This document shows, piece by piece, positions 1 to 11,323 of a stretch of DNA of 64,000 nt. Both the position numbers and the translations under genes were made by a program. The notes under the pieces were generated by a model that saw only the letters and a list, made by a program, of their open reading frames with translations, was not told the DNA's origin and did not search any database. Origin of the DNA: the human T2T-CHM13v2.0 reference genome, Homo sapiens. Position 1 is the stretch's first letter; every line of letters begins with the position of its first letter. Where the stretch lies: NCBI RefSeq assembly GCF_009914755.1, contig NC_060946.1; one strand, 5' to 3'.

Positions 1-1187
1 AATGATCACCAAAGTGATGCAACTCTTGCATAGGCTTTGCCTACATTGGACATTGTGACATATCTCTGCACTGATTTCCCAGGTGCTGTAACTTTAGGCT
101 AGGCTCTGGCTACACGGCATTGTGACATATCACCACACTGATCAACCAGGTGATATAACCCCTGTATAGGCTCTGCCTACAGGGGGCTTGTGACATATCT
201 CTGCACGGATCACCCAGGTGATATAGCTCTTCTCTAGGATCTGCCTACAGGATGCTTTGTGACATATCCCTGCACTGATCACCCAGGTGATCTAACTCTG
301 GTCTAAGCTCTTCCTAAAGGGGCATTGTGACAGATCTCTGCACTGATCACTCAGGTGATGTAACTGTTGTCTAGGCTCTGCTTCAAGGGGCCTTGTCACA
401 AATCTCTGCACTGATCACCCAGGTGATGTAACTCTTGTTTAGGCTCTGCTTCCAGGGCATATTGTGACATATCTATGCACTGATCACCTTAGTGATGTAA
501 CACTTGTGTAGGCTCGGCCTACAGGGGAATCTTGACATATCTCTGCACTGTTAACCGAGGTGATTTAACTCTTCTCTAGGCTGTGCCCACAGGGGGATTG
601 AGACATATCTCTGCACTGATCCCGAGGTGATCCAACTCTTGCCTGGTCTCTGCCTACTGGGGACATTGTGACATATCTCTGCACTGATCTCCCTTGTGCT
701 GCAACTTTAGTCTAGGCTCTGGCTACACGACATTGTGACATATCAGTGCACTGATCACATAGGTGATATAACTCTTGTCTAGGCTCTGCCTACAATGGTC
801 TTGTGACATATCTCTGCACTGATCACCCAGGTGATATAACTATTCTCTAGGATCTGAACACAGGGTGCTTTGTGATATATCCTTGCAATGATCACCCAGG
901 TGATATACCACTAGCCAAGGCTCTGCCTACAGGGGCATTGCAATGCATCTCAGCACTGATCACCTAGGTCTTGTAACTCTTTTCTAGGATCTGCCTACAG
1001 GGTGCTTTGTGACATATCCCAGCAAGGATTACCCAGGTGATGTACCGCTCATCAAGGCTCTGCCTACAGGCACATTGCGATGTATCTCTGCACTGATCAC
1101 CTAGGTCATGTAACTTTGTCTAGTCTCTGCCTACGATGGCATTGTGACATATTTCTGCACTAATCATCCAAGTGATGTAACTCTTGT

Positions 1188-3023
1188 CTAGGATCTGCCT
1201 ACATTAACTTTGTGACATAATCCTGTACTGATCATCCAGGTGATGGGGTTTCTCTCTAGGCTCTGCCTAAGGGGGCATTGTGACATATTTCTGCATTGAT
1301 CACCCAGGTGGCGAACTCTTCTCTTGGATCTGCCTATGGGGGCATTGTGACAAATCTCTGCACTGATCACCCAGGTGTCATAACTGTTGTGTAACCTCTG
1401 CCTACAGGGGAATTGTGAGAGATCTCGCCACTGATCACCCAAGTGATGTAACCACTGTCTAGGCTTTGCGTTCAGGGGGCTTTGTGACATACCTTTGCAC
1501 TGATCACCCAGGTGATGTAACACATCTAAGTTCGGCCTAAAGGAGCTTTGTGACATATCTCTGCACTGATCACTTAGGTGATGTAACACTTTTATAAGCA
1601 CTGCCTACAGGGAATTCTGACAAATCTGTACACTGATCACCTAGGTGATGTAACTCTTGTCTACCCTCTGTCCAACGGGGCATTGTGAAATATCTCTGCA
1701 CTGATGACCCAGGTGATTCAACTCTTGACTAGGATCTGCCTACAGAGGTTATTGTGAAATATCTCTGCACTGATAAACTAGGTGGTGTAACCCTTGTCCA
1801 AGTTCTGCCTACAGGGGCGTTTTCACATATCCCTGAACTGATGACAAAGGTGATGTAGCTCTTGCCTAGGCTTTGCCTACAGGGGACATTGGACATATAT
1901 CTGCACTGATCAACCAGGTGATGCAACTCTTGCCTAGGCTTTGCCTACAGGGGACATTGTGACATATCTCTTCAATGATCACCCATGCGATGCAACTCTT
2001 GCCTAGGCTTTGCCTACAGGGGACATTGTGACATATCTCTGCACTGATTTCCCAGGTTCTGTAACTTAAGGCTAGGCTCTGGCTACACGGCATTGTGACA
2101 TATCACTACACTGATCAACCAGGTGATATAACCCCTGTATAGGCTCTGCCTACAGGGGGCTTGTGACATATCTCTGCACGGATCACCCAGGTGATATAGC
2201 TCTTCTCTAGGATCTGCCTACAGGTTGCTTTGTGACATATCCCTGCACTGATCACCCAGGTGATCTAACTCTGGTCTAAGCTCTTCCTAAAGGGGCATTG
2301 TGACAGATCTCTGCACTGATCACTCAGGTGATGTAACTGTTGTCTAGGCTCTGCTTCAAGGGGCCTTGTCACAAATCTCTGCACTGATCACCCTGGTGAT
2401 GTCACTCTTGTCTAGGCTCTGCTTCCAGGGCATATTGTGACATATCTATGCACTGATCACCTTAGTGATGTAACACTTGTGTAGGCTCGGCCTACAGGGG
2501 AATCTTGACATATCTCTGCACTGTTAACCGAGGTGATTTAACTCTTCTCTAGGCTGTGCCCACAGGGGGATTGAGACATATCTCTGCACTGATCCCGAGG
2601 TGATCCAACTCTTGCCTGGTCTCTGCCTACTGGGGACATTGTGACATATCTCTGCAGTGATCTCCCTTGTGCTGCAACTTTCGTCTAGGCTCTGGCTACA
2701 CGACATTGTGACATATCAGTGCACTGATCACATAGGTGATATAACTCTTGTCTAGGCTCTGCCTACAATGGTCTTGTGACATATCTCTGCACTGATCACC
2801 CAGGTGATATAACTATTCTCTAGGATCTGACCACAGGGTGCTTTGTGACATATCCCAGCATGGATTACCCAGGTGATGTACCGCTCGTCAAGGCTCTGCC
2901 TACAGGCACATTGCGATGTATCTCTGCACTGATCACCTAGGTCATGTAACTTTGTCTAGTCTCTGCCTACGATGGCATTGTGACATATTTCTGCACTAAT
3001 CATCCAAGTGATGTAACTCATGT
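1188..3023. repeat. 27-mer HOR variant (1836 bp; two monomers, 137 bp, deleted near 2833-2856)
   Basis: GGATCTGACCACAGGGTGCTTTGTGACATATCCC is joined directly to AGCATGGATTACCC. Compare the intact unit at 4660-4850. Confidence 0.9.
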
Positions 3024-6000
3024 CTAGGATCTGCCTACATTAACTTTGTGACATAATCCTGTACTGATCATCCAGGTGATGGGGTTTTTGTCTAGGCTCT
3101 GCCTAAGGGGGCATTGTGACATATTTCTGCATTGATCACCCAGGTGGCGAACTCTTCTCTTGGATCTGTCTATGGGGGCATTGTGACAAATCTCTGCACT
3201 GATCACCCAGGTGTCATAACTGTTGTGTAACCTCTGCCTACAGGGGAATTGTGAGAGATCTCGCCACTGATCACCCAAGTGATGTAACCATTGTCTAGGC
3301 TTTGCGTACAGGGGGCTTTGTGACATACCTTTGCACTGATCACCCAGGTGATGTAACACATCTAAGTTCGGCCTAAAGGAGCTTTGTGACATATCTCTGC
3401 ACTGATCACTTAGGTGATGTAACACTTTTATAAGCACTGCCTACAGGGAATTTTGACAAATCTGTACACTGATCACCTAGGTGATGTAACTCTTGTCTAC
3501 CCTCTGTCCAACGGGGCATTGTGAAATATCTCTGCACTGATGACCCAGGTGATTCAACTCTTGACTAGGATCTGCCTACAGAGGTTATTGTGAAATATCT
3601 CTGCACTGATAAACTAGGTGGTGTAACCCTTGTCCAAGTTCTGCCTACAGGGGCGTTTTCACATATCCCTGAACTGATGACAAAGGTGATGTAGCTCTTG
3701 CCTAGGCTTTGCCTACAGGGGACATTGGACATATATCTGCACTGATCAACCAGGTGATGCAACTCTTGCCTAGGCTTTGCCTACAGGGGACATTGTGACA
3801 TATGTCTTCAATGATCACCCATGTGATGCAACTCTTGCCTAGGCTTTGCCTACAGGGGACATTGTGACATATCTCTGCACTGATTTCCCAGGTGCTGTAA
3901 CTTTAGGCTAGGCTCTGGCTACACGGCATTGTGACATATCACTGCACTGTTCAACCAGGTGATATAACCCCTGTATAGGCTCTGCCTACAGGGGGCTTGT
4001 GACATATCTCTGCACGGATCACCCAGGTGATATAGCTCTTCTCTAGGATCTGCCTACAGGATGCTTTGTGACATATCCCTGCACTGATCACCCAGGTGAT
4101 CTAACTCTGGTCTAAGCTCTTCCTAAAGGGGCATTGTGACAGATCTCTGCACTGATCACTCAGGTGATGTAACTGTTGTCTAGGCTCTGCTTCAAGGGGC
4201 CTTGTCACAAATCTCTGCACTGATCACCCAGGTGATGTAACTCTTGTCTAGGCTCTGCTTCCAGGGCATATTGTGACATACCTATGCACTGATCACCCTA
4301 GTGATGCAACACTTGTGTAGGCTCGGCCTACAGGGGAATCTTGACATATCTCTGCACTGTTAACCGAGGTGATTTAACTCTTCTCTAGGCTGTGCCCACA
4401 GGGGGATTGAGACATATCTCTGCACTGATCCCGAGGTGATCAAACTCTTGCCTGGTCTCTGCCTACTGGGGACATTGTGACATATCTCTGCACTGATCTC
4501 CCTTGTGCTGCAACTTTAGTCTAGGCTCTGGCTACACGACATTGTGACATATCAGTGCACTGATCACATAGGTGATATAACTCTTGTCTAGGCTCTGCCT
4601 ACAATGGTCTTGTGACATATCTCTGCACTGATCACCCAGGTGATATAACTATTCTCTAGGATCTGACCACAGGGTGCTTTGTGACATATCCCTGCAATGA
4701 TCACCCAGGTGATATACCACTAGCCAAGGCTCTGCCTACAGGGGCATTGCAATGTATCTCAGCACTGATCACATAGGTCTTGTAACTCTTTTCTAGGATC
4801 TGCCTACAGGGTGCTTTGTGACATATCCCAGCAAGGATTACCCAGGTGATGTACCGCTCATCAAGGCTCTGCCTACAGGCACATTGCGATGTATCTCTGC
4901 ACTGATCACCTAGGTCATGTAACTTTGTCTAGTCTCTGCCTACGATGGCATTGTGACATATTTCTGAACTAATCATCCAAGTGATGTAACTCTTGTCTAG
5001 GATCTGCCTACATTAACTTTGTGACATAATCCTGTACTGATCATCCAGGTGATGGGGTTTTTGTCTAGGCTCTGCCTAAGGGGGCATTGTGACATATTTC
5101 TGCATTGATCACCCAGGTGGCGAACTCTTCTCTTGGATCTGCCTATGGGGGCATTGTGACAAATCTCTGCACTGATCACCCAGGTGTCATAACTGTTGTG
5201 TAACCTCTGCCTACAGGGGAATTGTGACAGATCTCGCCACTGATCACCCAAGTGATGTAACCATTGTCTAGGCTTTGCGTACAGGGGGCTTTGTGACATA
5301 CCTTTGCACTGATCACCCAGGTGATGTAACACATCTAAGTTCGGCCTAAAGGAGCTTTGTGACATATCTCTGCACTGATCACTTAGGTGATGTAACACTT
5401 TTATAAGCACTGCCTACAGGGAATTTTGACAAATCTGTACACTGATCACCTAGGTGATGTAACTCTTGTCTACCCTCTGTCCAACGGGGCATTGTGAAAT
5501 ATCTCTGCACTGATGACCCAGGTGATTCAACTCTTGACTAGGATCTGCCTACAGAGGTTACTGTGAAATATCTCTGCACTGATAAACTAGGTGGTGTAAC
5601 CCTTGTCCAAGTTCTGCCTACAGGGGCGTTTTCACATATCCCTGAACTGATGACAAAGGTGATGTAGCTCTTGCCTAGGCTTTGCCTACAGGGGACATTG
5701 GACATATATCTACACTGATCAACCAGGTGATGCAACTCTTGCCTAGGCGTTGCCTACAGGGGACATTGTGACATATGTCTTCAATGATCACCCATGTGAT
5801 GCAACTCTTGCCTAGGCTTTGCCTACAGGGGACATTGTGACATATCTCTGCACTGATTTCCCAGGTTCTGTAACTTTAGGCTAGGCTCTGGCTACACGGC
5901 ATTGTGACATATCACTGCACTGATCAACCAGGTGATATAACCCCTGTATAGGCTCTGCCTACAGGGGGCTTGTGACATATCTCTGCACGGATCACCCAGG

Positions 6001-6969
6001 TGATATAGCTCTTCTCTAGGATCTGCCTACAGGATGCTTTGTGACATATCCCTGAACTGATCACCCAGGTGATCTAACTCTGGTCTAAGCTCTTCCTAAA
6101 GGGGCATTGTGACAGATCTCTGCACTGATCACTCAGGTGATGTAACTGTTGTCTAGGCTCTGCTTCAAGGGGCCTTGTCACAAATCTCTGCACTGATCAC
6201 CCAGGTGATGTAACTCTTGTCTAGGCTCTGCTTCCAGGGCATATTGTGACATATCTATGCACTGATCACCTTAGTGATGTAACACTTGTGTAGGCTCGGC
6301 CTACAGGGGAATTTTGACATATCTCTGCACTGTTAACCGAGGTGATTTAACTCTTCTCTAGGCTGTTCCCACAGGGGGATTGAGACATATCTCTGCACTG
6401 ATCCCGAGGTGATCCAACTCTTGCCTGGTCTCTGCCTACTGGGGACATTGTGACATATCTCTGCACTGATCTCCCTTGTGCTGCAACTTTAGTCTAGGCT
6501 CTGGCTACACGATATTGTGACATATCAGTGCACTGATCACATAGGTGATATAACTCTTGTCTAGGCTCTGCCTACAATGGTCTTGTGACGTATCTCTGCA
6601 CTGATCACCCAGGTGATATAACTATTCTCTAGGATCTGACCACAGGGTGCTTTGTGACATATCCCTGTAATGATCACCCAGGTGATATACCACTAGCCAA
6701 GGCTCTGCCTACAGGGGCATTGCAATGTATCTCAGCACTGATCACCTAGGTCTTGTAACTCTTTTCTAGGATCTGCCTACAGGGTGCTTTGTGACATATC
6801 CCAGCAAGGATTACCCAGGTGATGTACCGCTCATCAAGGCTCTGCCTACAGGCACATGGCGATGTATCTCTGCACTGATCACCTAGGTCATGTAACTTTG
6901 TCTAGTCTCTGCCTACGATGGCATTGTGACATATTTCTGCACTAATCATCCAAGTGATGTAACTCTTGT

Positions 6970-8873
6970 CTAGGATCTGCCTACATTAACTTTGTGACAT
7001 AATCCTGTACTGATCATCCAGGTGATGGGGTTTTTGTCTAGGCTCTGCCTAAGGGGGCATTGTGACATATTTCTGCATTGATCACCCAGGTGGCGAACTC
7101 TTCTCTTGGATCTGCCTATGGGGGCATTGTGACAAATCTCTGCACTGATCACCCAGGTGTCATAACTGTTGTGTAACCTCTGCCTACAGGGGAATTGTGA
7201 GAGATCTCGCCACTGATCACCCAAGTGATGTAACCATTGTCTAGGCTTTGCGTACAGGGGGCTTTGTGACATACCTTTGCACTGATCACCCAGGTGATGT
7301 AACACATCTAAGTTCGGCCTAAAGGAGCTTTGTGACATATCTCTGCACTGATCACTTAGGTGATGTAACACTTTTATAAGCACTGCCTACAGGGAATTTT
7401 GACAAATCTGTACACTGATCACCTAGGTGATGTAACTCTTGTGTACCCTCTGTCCAACGGGGCATTGTGAAATATCTCTGCACTGATGACCCAGGTGATT
7501 CAACCCTTGACTAGGATCTGCCTACAGAGGTTATTGTGAAATATCTCTGCACTGATAAACTAGGTGGTGTAACCCTTGTCCAAGTTCTGCCTACAGGGGC
7601 GTTTTCACATATCCCTGAACTGATGACAAAGGTGATGTAGCTCTTGCCTAGGCTTTGCCTACAGGGGACATTGGACATATATCTGCACTGATCACCCATG
7701 TGATGCAACTCTTGCCTAGGCTTTGCCTACATTGGACATTGTGACATATCTCTGCACTGATTTCCCAGGCTCTGTAACTTTAGGCTAGGCTCTGGCTGCA
7801 CGGCATTGTGACATATCACTGCACTGATCAACCAGGTGATATAACCCCTGTATAGGCTATGCCTACAGGGGGCTTGTGACATATCTCTGCACGGATCACC
7901 CAGGTGATATAGCTCTTCTCTAGGATCTGCCTGCATGATGCTTTGTGACATAACCTTGCACTGATCACCCAGGTGATCTAACTCTGGTCTAAGCTCTTCC
8001 TAAAGGGGCACTGTGACAGATCTCTGCACTGATCACTCAGATGATGTAACTGTTGTCTAGGCTCTGCTTCAAGGGGCCTTGTCACAAATCTCTGCACTGA
8101 TCACCCAGGTGATGTAACTCTTGTCTAGGCTCTGCTTCCAGGGCATATTGTGACATATCTATGCACTGATCACCTTAGTGATGTAACACTTGTGTAGGCT
8201 CGGCCTACAGGGGAATCTTGACATATCTCTGCACTGTTAACCGAGGTGATTTAACTCTTGTCTAGGCTGTGCCCACAGGGGGATTGAGACATATCTCTGC
8301 ACTGATCCCGAGGTGATCCAACTCTTGCCTGGTCTCTGCCTACTGGGGACATTGTGACATATCTCTGCACTGATCTCCCTTGTGCTGCAACTTTAGTCTA
8401 GGCTCTGGCTACACGACATTGTGACATATCAGTGCACTGATCACATAGGTGATATAACTCCTGTCTAGGCTCTGCCTACAATGCTCTTGTGACATATCTC
8501 TGCACTGATCACCCAGGTGATATAACTATTCTCTAGGATCTGACCACAGGGTGCTTTGTGACATATCCCTGCAATGATCACCCAGGTGATATACCACTAG
8601 CCAAGGCTCTGCCTACAGGGGCATTGCAATGTATCTCAGCACTGATCACCTAGGTCTTGTAACTCTTTTCTAGGATCTGCCTACAGGGTGCTTTGTGACA
8701 TATCCCAGCAAGGATTACCCAGGTGATGTACCGCTCATCAAGGCTCTGCCTACAGGCACATTGCGATGTATCTCTGCACTGATCACCTAGGTCATGTAAC
8801 TTTGTCTAGTCTCTGCCTACGATGGCATTGTGACATATTTCTGCACTAATCATCCAAGTGATGTAACTCTTGC
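6970..8873. repeat. 28-mer HOR variant (1904 bp; one 69-bp monomer deleted near 7690)
   Basis: CATATATCTGCACTGATC is joined to ACCCATGTGATG. Compare the intact unit at 5701-5800. Confidence 0.88.
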
Positions 8874-11323
8874 CTAGGATCTGCCTACATTAACTTTGTG
8901 ACATAATCCTGTACTGATCATCCAGGTGATGGGGTTTTTGTCTAGGCTCTGCCTAAGGGGGCATTGTGACATATTTCTGCATTGATCACCCAGGTGGCGA
9001 TCTCTTCTCTTGGATCTGCCTAAGGGGCATTGTGACAAATCTCTGCACTGATCACCCAGGTGACGTAACTGTTGTGTAACCTCTGCCGACAGTGAAATTG
9101 TGAGAGATCTCGCCACTGATCACCCAAGTGATGTAACCATTGTCTAGGCTTTGCGTACAGGGAGCTTTGTTACATACCTTTGCACTGATCACCCAGGTGA
9201 TGTAACACATGTATGTTCGGCCTAAAGGAGCTTTGTGACATATCTCTGCACTGATCACTTAGGTGATGTAACACTATTATAACCACTGCCTACAGGGAAT
9301 TTTGACAAATCTGTACACTGATCACCTAGGTGACGTAACACTTGTCTACCCTCTGTCCAACGGGTCATTGTGAAATATCTCTGCACTGATCACCCAGGTG
9401 ATTCAACTCTTGACTAGGATCTGCCTACAGAGGTTATTGTGAAATATCTCTGCACTGATAAACTAGGTGGTGTAACCCTTGTCGAAGCTCTGCCTACAGG
9501 GGCGTTTTCACATATCCCTGAACTGATGACAGAGGTGATGTAACACTTGCTTAGGCTTTGCCTACAGGGGACATTGGACATATATCTCCACTGATCTCCC
9601 AGGTGTTGCAACTCTGCCCTAGGCTTTGCCTACAGGGGACATTTTGACATATCTCTTCAATGATCACCCATGTGATGCAACTCTTGCCTAGCCTTTGCCT
9701 AAAGGGGACATTGTGACATATCTCTGCACTGATCTCCCAGGTGCTGTAACTTTAGTCTAGGCTCTGGCTACACGGCATTGTGACATATCACTGCACTGAT
9801 CAACCAGGTGATATAACTCTTGTATAGGCTCTGCCTACAGGGGGATTGTGAAATATCTCAGCACTGAACACCCAGGTGATTCAACTCTTGACTAGGAACT
9901 GCCTACAGAGGTTATTGTGAAATATCTCTGTACTGATAAACTAGGTGGTGTAACCCTTGTCCAAGCTCTGCCTACAGGGGCGTTTCCACATATCCCTGAA
10001 CTGATGACAAAGGTGATGTAACCCTTGCCTAGGCTTTGCCTACAGGGGCATTGGACATATATCTGCACTGATCACCCAGGTGATGCAACTCTTGCCTAGG
10101 CTTTGCCTACAGGGGACACTGTGACATATCTCTTCAATGATCACTCATGTGATGCATCTCTTGCCTAGGCTTTGCCAACAGGGGACATTGTGACATATCT
10201 CTGCACTGATCTCCCTGGTACTGTAACTTTAGTCTAGGCTCTGGCTACACGGCATTGTGACATATCACTGCACTGATCAACCAGGTGATATAACTCTTGT
10301 ATAGGCTCTGCCTACAGGGGGATTGTGACCTACCTCTGCACTGATCTCCCAGGTGATATAACTCTTCTCTAGGATCTGCCTACAGGGTGCTCTGTGACAT
10401 ATCCCTGCACTGATCACCCAGGTGACCTAACTCTGGTCTAAGCTCTGCCTAAAGGGGCATTGTGACAGATCTCTGCACTGATCACTCAGGTGATGTAACT
10501 ATTGTCTAGGCTCTGCTTAAAGGGGCCTTGTCACATATCACTGCACTGATCACCCAGGTGATGTAACTCTTGTCTAGGCTCTGCTTCCAGGGCATATTGT
10601 GACATAACTATGCACTGATCACCTTAGTGATGTAACACTTGTGTAGGCTCGGCCTACAGAGGAATCTTGACATATCTCTGCACTGTTAAACGAGGTGATT
10701 TAACTCTTGTCTAGGCTGTGCCCACAGGGGGATTGAGACATATCTCTGCACTGATCCCGAGGTGATCCAACTCTTGCCTGGTCTCTGCCTACTGGGGACA
10801 TTGTGACATATCTCTGCACTGATCTCCCAGGTGCTGTAAATTTTGTCTAGGCTCTGGCTACACGGCATTGTGACTTATCACTGCACCGATCACCCAGGCG
10901 ATACAACTCTTGTCTAGGCTCTGCCTACAATGGTCTTGTGACATATCTCTGCACTGATCACCCAGGTGATATAACTCTTCTCTAGGACCTGACCACGGGG
11001 TGCTTTGTGACATATCCCTGCAATGATCACCCAGGTGATATACCACTTGCCAAGGCTCTGCTTACAGGGGCATTGCAATGTATCTCTGCATTGATCACCT
11101 AGGTCTTGTAGCTATTTTCTAGGATCTGCCTACAGGGTGCTTTGTGACGGGTCCCAGGAAGGATTACCCAGGTGATGTACCTCTCATCAAGGCTCTGCCT
11201 ACAGGCACATTGCGATATATCTCTGCACTGATCACCTAGGTCATGTAACTTTTGTCTAGGCTCTACCTACGATGGCATTGTGACATATCTCTGCACTAAT
11301 CATCCAATTGATGTAACACTTGT
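8874..11323. repeat. 36-mer hybrid A/B HOR (2450 bp; 7 monomers repeated)
   Basis: The landmark GATTCAACTCTTGACTAGG occurs twice, with CTAGG at 9414 and 9892 (478 bp apart). The first copy is A-type and the second is B-type. Confidence 0.88.

Larger units (their letters stand above)
1..9845. repeat. HOR subtype A domain (29-mer, 1973 bp; includes one 27-mer and one 28-mer variant)
   Basis: The anchor CTAGGATCTGCCTACATTAAC occurs at 1188, 3024, 4997, 6970 and 8874 (spacings 1836, 1973, 1973, 1904). Diagnostic states include GACTAGGATCTG, CCACTAGCC, TTATAAGCAC and TTCAAGGGG. Confidence 0.9.

Noticed and set aside
1188-1601. His/Cys-rich periodic peptide resembling a zinc finger or heme-binding repeat
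   Set aside because: There is no C2H2 or CxxCH spacing. The pattern comes from one reading frame of the satellite monomer.
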